Origin: Utricularia gibba
Taxonomy: Eukaryota > Plantae > Magnoliophyta
DNA length: 29,483 bases
Assembly: GCA_002189035.1 (NCBI GenBank)
Contig: NEEC01000515.1
Span: forward strand, 1-29,483
Reading direction: 5' to 3'
Notes under the pieces: model-generated
What the model was told of the DNA's origin: nothing
The model's input: the letters and a program-made list of their open reading frames with translations, nothing else
Databases searched by the model: none
Shown: in pieces, positions 12,650-21,706 of the stretch
How the letters are laid out: each line of letters opens with the position of its first letter
How positions within the stretch are numbered: position 1 is the first letter of the stretch
Translations under genes and position numbers: made by a program

Positions 12650-15600
12650 GTGCACGTGATATCGCAATTTAAACAAATGCACATTGTATTCATCGATTTG
12701 CATCCTTTTGTCCTCATGAGCCATAAAGAATCGCGGGCCCGGACCAAGTTCCTAGCGAGACTGGCCGCCACAAAACGAGAAGCTGTTCCTTGAAAAACCA
12801 TGTAGGCAACACCGAAAACCGAACGTTAATAAATACATCACTTTCTTTGCCGGGCTACAACTTACTTTGGGCCAAGGCCTAAGCTGATCTTTTTCCGGTT
12901 CCAAGTGCACCCAAAGACCGCCTTCTCAAGTATAAAGTAAGTTGTTGAAAAAATCATGTGGGGTGCACGTGACATCATAATTTAAACAAATGCATCATTT
13001 TTTTTAATCGATTTGCATCCAGTTGACCTCATGAGCCATACAGAATCGGGGTCAGGACCAAGTTCCCAGCGAGACTGGCCGCCACAAAACGAGAAGCGGT
13101 TCAAAACCATGTAGGCAGCCCCCGAAAACCGAACGATAATAAATACATCACTTTATTTGCCGGACTACAACTTACTTTGGGCCAAGGCCTAAGCTGACCT
13201 TTTTCCGGTTCCAAGTGCCCCCAAGACCGCCTCCTCATGTATAAAGTATGTTGTTTAAAAAAATCATGTGGGGTGCACGTGAGATCGTAATTTAAACAAA
13301 TGCATTTTTTTTTTAATCGATTTGCATCCTTTGACCTCATGAGCCATAAAGAATCGCGGGCCCGGACCAAGTTCCTAGCGAGACTGGCCGCCACAAAACG
13401 AGAAGCTGTTCCTTGAAAAACCATGTAGGCAACACCGAAAACCGAACGTTAATAAATACATCACTTTCTTTGCCGGGCTACAACTTACTTTGGGCCAAGG
13501 CCTAAGCTGACCTTTTTCCGGTTCCAAGTGCCCCCAAGACCGCCTCTCATGTATAAAGTATGTTGTTAAAAAATCATGTGGGGTGCACGTGACATCGTAA
13601 TTTAAACAAATGCATCATTTTTTTTAATCGATTTGCATCCAGTTGACCTCATGAGCCATACAGAATCGGGGTCAAGGACCAAGTTCCCAGCGAGACTGGC
13701 CGCCACAAAACGAGAAGCGGTTCCTTGAAAAACCATGTAGGCAGCCCCCGAAAACCGAACGATAATAAATACATCACTTTATTTGCCGACTACAACTAAC
13801 TTCGGGCAAGCCAAACCTTACCTTTGTCCGTTCCAGTGCACCCAAAGACCGCCTGCTCAAGTATAAAGTAAGTTGTTGAAAAAATCATGTGGGGTGCACG
13901 TGATATCGCAATTTAAACAAATGCAACATTGTATTCATCGATTTGCATCCATTTGACCTCATGAGCCATAAAGAATCGCGGGCCCGGACCAAGTTCCTAG
14001 CGAGACTGGCCGCCACAAAACGAGAAGCTGTTCCTTGAAAAACCATGTAGGCAACACCGAAAACCGAACGTTAATAAATACATCACTTTCTTTGCCGGGC
14101 TACAACTTACTTTGGGCCAAGGCCTAAGCTGATCTTTTTCCGGTTCCAAGTGCACCCAAAGACCGCCTTCTCAAGTATAAAGTAAGTTGTTGAAAAAATC
14201 ATGTGGGGTGCACGTGACATCATAATTTAACAAATGGATCATTTTTTTTAATCGATTTGCATCCAGTTGACCTCATGAGCCATACAGAATCGGGGTCAAG
14301 GACCAAGTTCCCAGCGAGACTGGCCGCCACAAAACGAGAAGCGGTTCCTTGAAAAACCATGTAGGCAGCCCCGAAACCGAACGATAATAAATACATCACT
14401 TTATTTGCCGGACTACAACTAACTCTTGCAAGCCAAACCTTACCTTTGTCCCGTTCCAGTGCACCCAAAGACCGCCTGCTCAAGTATAAAGTAAGTTGTT
14501 GAAAAAATCATGTGGGGTGCACGTGATATCGCAATTTAAACAAATGCAACATTGTATTCATCGATTTGCATCCTTTTGTCCTCATGAGCCATAAAGAATC
14601 GCGGCCCGGACCAAGTTCCTAGCGAGACTGGCCGCCACAAAACGAGAAGCTGTTCCTTGAAAAACCATGTAGGCAACACCGAAAACCGAACGTTAATAAA
14701 TACATCACTTTCTTTGCCGGGCTACAACTTACTTTGGGCCAAGGCCTAAGCTGATCTTTTTCCGGTTCCAAGTGCACCCAAAGACCGCCTTCTCAAGTAT
14801 AAAGTAAGTTGTTGAAAAAATCATGTGGGGTGCACGTGACATCATAATTTAAACAAATGGATCATTTTTTTTAATCGATTTGCATCCAGTTGACCTCATG
14901 AGCCATACAGAATCGGGGTCAAGGACCAAGTTCCCAGCGAGACTGGCCGCCAAAAACGAGAAGCGGTTCCTTGAAAAACCATGTAGGCAGCCCCCGAAAA
15001 CCGAACGATAATAAATACATCACTTTATTTGCCGGACTACAACTTACTTGGGCCAAGCCTAAGCTGACCTTTTTCCGGTCCAAGTGCCCCCCAAGACCGC
15101 CTCCTCATGTATAAAGTATGTTCTTAAAAAATCATGTGGGGTGCACGTGAGATCGTAATTTAAACAAATGATCATTTTTTTAATCGATTTGCATCCTTTT
15201 GTCCTCATGAGCCATAAAGAATCGCGGGCCCGGACCAAGTTCCTAGCGAGACTGGCCGCCACAAAACGAGAAGCTGTTCCTTGAAAAACCATGTAGGCAA
15301 CACCGAAAACCGAACGTTAATAAATACATCACTTTCTTTGCCGGGCTACAACTTACTTTGGGCCAAGGCCTAAGCTGATCTTTTTTCCGGTTCCAAGTGC
15401 ACCCAAAGACCGCCTTCTCAAGTATAAAGTAAGTTGTTGAAAAAAATCATGTGGGGTGCACGTGACATCATAATTTAAACAAATGGATCATTTTTTTTTA
15501 ATCGATTTGCATCCAGTTGACCTCATGAGCCATACAGAATCGGGGTCAAGGACCAAGTTCCCAGCGAGACTGGCCGCCACAAAACGAGAAGCGGTTCCTT

Positions 15601-16084
15601 GAAAAACCATGTAGGCAGCCCCCGAAAACCGAACGATAATAAATACATCACTTTATTTTCCGGACTACAACTAACTCTCGGTGCAAGCCAAACCTTACCT
15701 TTGTCCCGTTCCAGGTGCACCCAAAGACCGCCTGCTCAAGTATAAAGTAAGTTGTTGAAAAAATCATGTGGGGTGCACGTGATATCGCAATTTAAACAAA
15801 TGCAACATTGTATTCATCGATTTGCATCCTTTTGTCCTCATGAGCCATAAAGAATCGCGGGCCCGGACCAAGTTCCTAGCGAGACTGGCCGCCACAAAAC
15901 GAGAAGCTGTTCCTTGAAAAACCATGTAGGCAACACGAAAACCGAACGTTAATAAATACATCACTTTCTTTGCCGGGCTACAACTTACTTTGGGCCAAGG
16001 CCTAAGCTGATCTTTTTCCGGTTCCAAGTGCACCCAAAGACCGCCTTCTCAAGTATAAAGTAAGTTGTTGAAAAAATCATGTGG

Positions 16085-16096
16085 GGTGCACGTGAC
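16085..16096. other. Overlapping palindromes GTGCAC/CACGTG (E-box/G-box core) present once per monomer; representative copy
   Basis: GGTGCACGTGA[C/T] is seen in essentially every monomer. The motif is visible in the sequence, but protein binding is not demonstrated. Confidence 0.6.
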
Positions 16097-16724
16097 ATCA
16101 TAATTTAAACAAATGGATCATTTTTTTTAATCGATTTGCATCCAGTTGACCTCATGAGCCATACAGAATCGGGGTCAAGGACCAAGTTCCCAGCGAGACT
16201 GGCCGCCACAAAACGAGAAGCGGTTCCTTGAAAAACCATGTAGGCAGCCCCCGAAAACCGAACGATAATAAATACATCACTTTATTTGCCGGACTACAAC
16301 TAACTCTCGGTGCAAGCCAAACCTTACCTTTGTCCCGTTCCAGGTGCACCAAAGACCGCCTGCTCAAGTATAAAGTAAGTTGTTGAAAAAATCATGTGGG
16401 GTGCACGTGATATCGCAATTTAAACAAATGCAACATTGTATTCATCGATTTGCATCCTTTTGTCCTCATGAGCCATAAAGAATCGCGGGCCCGGACCAAG
16501 TTTCCTAGCGAGACTGGCCGCCACAAAACGAGAAGCTGTTCCTTGAAAAACCATGTAGGCAACACGAAAACCGAACGTTAATAAATACATCACTTTCTTT
16601 GCCGGGCTACAACTTACTTTGGGCCAAGGCCTAAGCTGATCTTTTTCCGGTTCCAAGTGCACCCAAAGACCGCCTTCTCAAGTATAAAGTAAGTTGTTGA
16701 AAAAATCATGTGGGGTGCACGTGA

Positions 16725-17040
16725 CATCATAATTTAAACAAATGGATCATTTTTTTTAATCGATTTGCATCCAGTTGACCTCATGAGCCATACAGAATCG
16801 GGGTCAAGGACCAAGTTCCCAGCGAGACTGGCCGCCACAAAACGAGAAGCGGTTCCTTGAAAAACCATGTAGGCAGCCCCCGAAAACCGAACGATAATAA
16901 ATACATCACTTTATTTGCCGGACTACAACTAACTCTCGGTGCAAGCCAAACCTTACCTTTGTCCCGTTCCAGGTGCACCCAAAGACCGCCTGCTCAAGTA
17001 TAAAGTAAGTTGTTGAAAAAATCATGTGGGGTGCACGTGA
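16725..17040 (+). repeat. Representative B-type monomer (316 bp)
   Basis: Diagnostic alleles: CATCATAATT, GGATCATTTTTTTTAATC, CCAGTTGACC, CATACAG, GGGGTCAAGG, TCCCAG, GCGGTT, GCAGCCCCCG, ACGATA, CTAACTCTCGGTGCAAGCCAAACCTTACC, CCTGCTC. Confidence 0.95.
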
Positions 17041-18290
17041 TATCGCAATTTAAACAAATGCAACATTGTATTCATCGATTTGCATCCTTTTGTCCTCATG
17101 AGCCATAAAGAATCGCGGGCCCGGACCAAGTTCCTAGCGAGACTGGCCGCCACAAAACGAGAAGCTGTTCCTTGAAAAACCATGTAGGCAACACGAAAAC
17201 CGAACGTTAATAAATACATCACTTTCTTTGCCGGGCTACAACTTACTTTGGGCCAAGGCCTAAGCTGATCTTTTTCCGGTTCCAAGTGCACCCAAAGACC
17301 GCCTTCTCAAGTATAAAGTAAGTTAAAAAATCATGTGGGGTGCACGTGACATCATAATTTAAACAAATGGATCATTTTTTTTAATCGATTTGCATCCAGT
17401 TGACCTCATGAGCCATACAGAATCGGGGTCAAGGACCAAGTTCCCAGCGAGACTGGCCGCCACAAAACGAGAAGCGGTTCCTTGAAAAACCATGTAGGCA
17501 GCCCCCGAAAACCGAACGATAATAAATACATCACTTTATTTGCCGGACTACAACTACTTTGGGCAAGCCAAACCTACCTTTTTCCGTTCCAAGTGCCCCC
17601 AAGACCGCCTCCTCAAGTATAAAGTAAGTTGTTTAAAAAATCATGTGGGGTGCACGTGATATCGCAATTTAAACAAATGCAACATTTTTTTCATCGATTT
17701 GCATCCTTTTGTCCTCATGAGCCATAAAGAATCGCGGGCCCGGACCAAGTTCCTAGCGAGACTGGCCGCCACAAAACGAGAAGCTGTTCCTTGAAAAACC
17801 ATGTAGGCAACACCGAAAACCGAACGTTAATAAATACATCACTTTCTTTGCCGGGCTACAACTTACTTTGGGCCAAGGCCTAAGCTGATCTTTTTCCGGT
17901 TCCAAGTGCACCCAAAGACCGCCTTCTCAAGTATAAAGTAAGTTGTTGAAAAAATCATGTGGGGTGCACGTGACATCATAATTTAAACAAATGGATCATT
18001 TTTTTTAATCGATTTGCATCCAGTTGACCTCATGAGCCATACAGAATCGGGGTCAAGGACCAAGTTCCCAGCGAGACTGGCCGCCACAAAACGAGAAGCG
18101 GTTCCTTGAAAAACCATGTAGGCAGCCCCCGAAAACCGAACGATAATAAATACATCACTTTATTTTGCCGGACTACAACTAACTCTCGGTGCAAGCCAAA
18201 CCTTACCTTTGTCCCGTTCCAGGTGCACCCAAAGACCGCCTGCTCAAGTATAAAGTAAGTTGTTGAAAAAATCATGTGGGGTGCACGTGA

Positions 18291-18604
18291 TATCGCAATT
18301 TAAACAAATGCAACATTGTATTCATCGATTTGCATCCTTTTGTCCTCATGAGCCATAAAGAATCGCGGGCCCGGACCAAGTTCCTAGCGAGACTGGCCGC
18401 CACAAAACGAGAAGCTGTTCCTTGAAAAACCATGTAGGCAACACCGAAAACCGAACGTTAATAAATACATCACTTTCTTTGCCGGGCTACAACTTACTTT
18501 GGGCCAAGGCCTAAGCTGATCTTTTTCCGGTTCCAAGTGCACCCAAAGACCGCCTTCTCAAGTATAAAGTAAGTTGTTGAAAAAATCATGTGGGGTGCAC
18601 GTGA
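18291..18604 (+). repeat. Representative A-type monomer (314 bp)
   Basis: Diagnostic alleles: TATCGCAATT, GCAACATTGTATTC, CCTTTTGTCC, CATAAAG, CGCGGGCCCGG, TCCTAG, GCTGTT, GCAACACCG, ACGTTA, CTTACTTTGGGCCAAGGCCTAAGCTGATC, CCTTCTC. GC is 140/314 (~45%) by hand count. Confidence 0.95.
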
Positions 18605-19858
18605 CATCATAATTTAAACAAATGATCATTTTTTTTAATCGATTTGCATCCAGTTGACCTCATGAGCCATACAGAATCGGGGTCAAGGACCAAGTTCCCA
18701 GCGAGACTGGCCGCCACAAAACGAGAAGCGGTTCCTTGAAAAACCATGTAGGCAGCCCCCGAAAACCGAACGATAATAAATACATCACTTTATTTGCCGG
18801 ACTACAACTAACTCTCGGTGCAAGCCAAACCTTACCTTTGTCCCGTTCCAGGTGCACCCAAAGACCGCCTGCTCAAGTATAAAGTAAGTTGTTGAAAAAA
18901 TCATGTGGGGTGCACGTGATATCGCAATTTAAACAAATGCAACATTGTATTCATCGATTTGCATCCTTTTGTCCTCATGAGCCATAAAGAATCGCGGGCC
19001 CGGACCAAGTTCCTAGCGAGACTGGCCGCCACAAAACGAGAAGCTGTTCCTTGAAAAACCATGTAGGCAACACCGAAAACCGAACGTTAATAAATACATC
19101 ACTTTCTTTGCCGGGCTACAACTTACTTTGGGCCAAGGCCTAAGCTGATCTTTTTCCGGTTCCAAGTGCACCCAAAGACCGCCTTCTCAAGTATAAAGTA
19201 AGTTGTTGAAAAAATCATGTGGGGTGCACGTGACATCATAATTTAAACAAATGGATCATTTTTTAATCGATTTGCATCCAGTTGACCTCATGAGCCATAC
19301 AGAATCGGGGTCAAGGACCAAGTTCCCAGCGAGACTGGCCGCCACAAAACGAGAAGCGGTTCCTTGAAAAACCATGTAGGCAGCCCCCGAAAACCGAACG
19401 ATAATAAATACATCACTTTATTTGCCGGACTACAACTAACTTCGGGCAAGCCAAACCTTACCTTTTTCCGTTCCAAGTGCACCCCAAGACCGCCTCCTCA
19501 GTATAAAGTAAGTTGTTGAAAAAATCATGTGGGGTGCACGTGATATCGCAATTTAAACAAATGCAACATTTTTTTTCATCGATTTGCATCCTTTTGTCCT
19601 CATGAGCCATAAAGAATCGCGGGCCCGGACCAAGTTCCTAGCGAGACTGGCCGCCACAAAACGAGAAGCTGTTCCTTGAAAAACCATGTAGGCAACACCG
19701 AAAACCGAACGTTAATAAATACATCACTTTCTTTGCCGGGCTACAACTTACTTTGGGCCAAGGCCTAAGCTGATCTTTTTCCGGTTCCAAGTGCACCCAA
19801 AGACCGCCTTCTCAAGTATAAAGTAAGTTGTTGAAAAAATCATGTGGGGTGCACGTGA

Positions 19859-20488
19859 CATCATAATTTAAACAAATGGATCATTTTTTTTAATCGATTT
19901 GCATCCAGTTGACCTCATGAGCCATACAGAATCGGGGTCAAGGACCAAGTTCCCAGCGAGACTGGCCGCCACAAAACGAGAAGCGGTTCCTTGAAAAACC
20001 ATGTAGGCAGCCCCCGAAAACCGAACGATAATAAATACATCACTTTATTTGCCGGACTACAACTAACTCTCGGTGCAAGCCAAACCTTACCTTTGTCCCG
20101 TTCCAGGTGCACCCAAAGACCGCCTGCTCAAGTATAAAGTAAGTTGTTGAAAAAATCATGTGGGGTGCACGTGATATCGCAATTTAAACAAATGCAACAT
20201 TGTATTCATCGATTTGCATCCTTTTGTCCTCATGAGCCATAAAGAATCGCGGGCCCGGACCAAGTTCCTAGCGAGACTGGCCGCCACAAAACGAGAAGCT
20301 GTTCCTTGAAAAACCATGTAGGCAACACCGAAAACCGAACGTTAATAAATACATCACTTTCTTTGCCGGGCTACAACTTACTTTGGGCCAAGGCCTAAGC
20401 TGATCTTTTTCCGGTTCCAAGTGCACCCAAAGACCGCCTTCTCAAGTATAAAGTAAGTTGTTGAAAAAATCATGTGGGGTGCACGTGA
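19859..20488 (+). repeat. Representative 630-bp higher-order repeat unit (B monomer 19859-20174 + A monomer 20175-20488)
   Basis: Anchors at 19849, 20165 and 20479 give 316 + 314 = 630 bp. Every second monomer is near-identical, while adjacent monomers differ at ~40 positions. Confidence 0.97.
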
Positions 20489-21400
20489 CATCATAATTTA
20501 AACAAATGGATCATTTTTTTAATCGATTTGCATCCAGTTGACCTCATGAGCCATACAGAATCGGGGTCAAGGACCAAGTTCCCAGCGAGACTGGCCGCCA
20601 CAAAACGAGAAGCGGTTCCTTGAAAAACCATGTAGGCAGCCCCCGAAAACCGAACGATAATAAATACATCACTTTATTTGCCGGACTACAACTAACTCTC
20701 GGTGCAAGCCAAACCTTACCTTTGTCCCGTTCCAGGTGCACCCAAAGACCGCCTGCTCAAGTATAAAGTAAGTTGTTGAAAAAATCATGTGGGGTGCACG
20801 TGATATCGCAATTTAAACAAATGCAACATTGTATTCATCGATTTGCATCCTTTTGTCCTCATGAGCCATAAAGAATCGCGGGCCGGACCAAGTTCCTAGC
20901 GAGACTGGCCGCCACAAAACGAGAAGCTGTTCCTTGAAAAACCATGTAGGCAACACCGAAAACCGAACGTTAATAAATACATCACTTTCTTTGCCGGGCT
21001 ACAACTTACTTTGGGCCAAGGCCTAAGCTGATCTTTTTCCGGTTCCAAGTGCACCCAAAGACCGCCTTCTCAAGTATAAAGTAAGTGTTGAAAAAATCAT
21101 GTGGGGTGCACGTGACATCATAATTTAAACAAATGGATCATTTTTTTTAATCGATTTGCATCCAGTTGACCTCATGAGCCATACAGAATCGGGGTCAAGG
21201 ACCAAGTTCCCAGCGAGACTGGCCGCCAAAACGAGAAGCGGTTCCTTGAAAAACCATGTAGGCACCCCGAAAACCGAACGATAATAAATACATCACTTTA
21301 TTTGCCGGACTACAACTTACTTTGGGCAAGCCCTACCTTTTCCGTTCCAAGTGCCCCCAAGACCGCCTCTCAAGTATAAAGTAAGAAAAAATCATGTGGG

Positions 21401-21706
21401 GTGCACGTGACATCGTAATTTAAACAAATGATCATTTTTAATCGATTTGCATCCAGTTGACCTCATGAGCCATAAAGAATCGGGGCCCGGACCAAGTTCC
21501 AGCGAGACTGGCCGCCACAAAACGAGAAGCTGTTCCTTGAAAAACCATGTAGGCAACCCGAAAACCGAACGTTAATAAATACATCACTTTCTTTGCCGGG
21601 CTACAACTTACTTTGGGCAAGCCTAAGCTGACCTTTTTCCGGTTCCAAGTGCACCCAAAGACCGCCTTCTCAAGTATAAAGTAAGTTGTTGAAAAAATCA
21701 TGTGGG
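21401..21706 (+). repeat. Chimeric monomer (B/C-type start, A-type remainder) causing an HOR phase slip
   Basis: It begins CATCGTAATT...CCAGTTGACC (B/C-like), then has A alleles from CATAAAG (~21470) onward. It is followed by another A monomer at 21707. Confidence 0.8.

Larger units (their letters stand above)
841..15150 (+). repeat. Mosaic sub-domain of the array carrying a third (C-type) junction haplotype
   Basis: The allele CTCATGTATAAAG (A and B both have CTCAAGTATAAAG) occurs 18 times between ~875 and ~15106 and not afterwards. It is usually linked to GTGCCCCCAAG, CCTCCTC, GTATGTTG and GTTAAAAA. Confidence 0.85.

Noticed and set aside
15818-15833. 5S rDNA tandem array (TTGCATCCTTTT resembles the plant 5S rRNA 3' end plus a Pol III terminator; unit length is plausible)
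   Set aside because: I found no match to the rest of the 120-nt 5S gene or its internal control region (box A/IE/box C) on either strand, and B lacks the T-run after GCATCC.
15836-15860. Hammerhead ribozyme as in newt satellite 2 or Schistosoma Sm-alpha (CTCATGAG resembles CTGATGAG)
   Set aside because: The essential CUGANGA core is absent from the consensus on both strands (C in place of G5), and no stem II followed by GAAA can be formed. An Infernal/Rfam scan would settle it.
16000-16100. Budding-yeast point centromere (CDEI-like RTCACGTG with a CCGGAAAA ~70-80 bp away on the minus strand)
   Set aside because: The intervening DNA is not the >90% AT CDEII, there is no proper CDEIII, and point centromeres are not tandemly arrayed.
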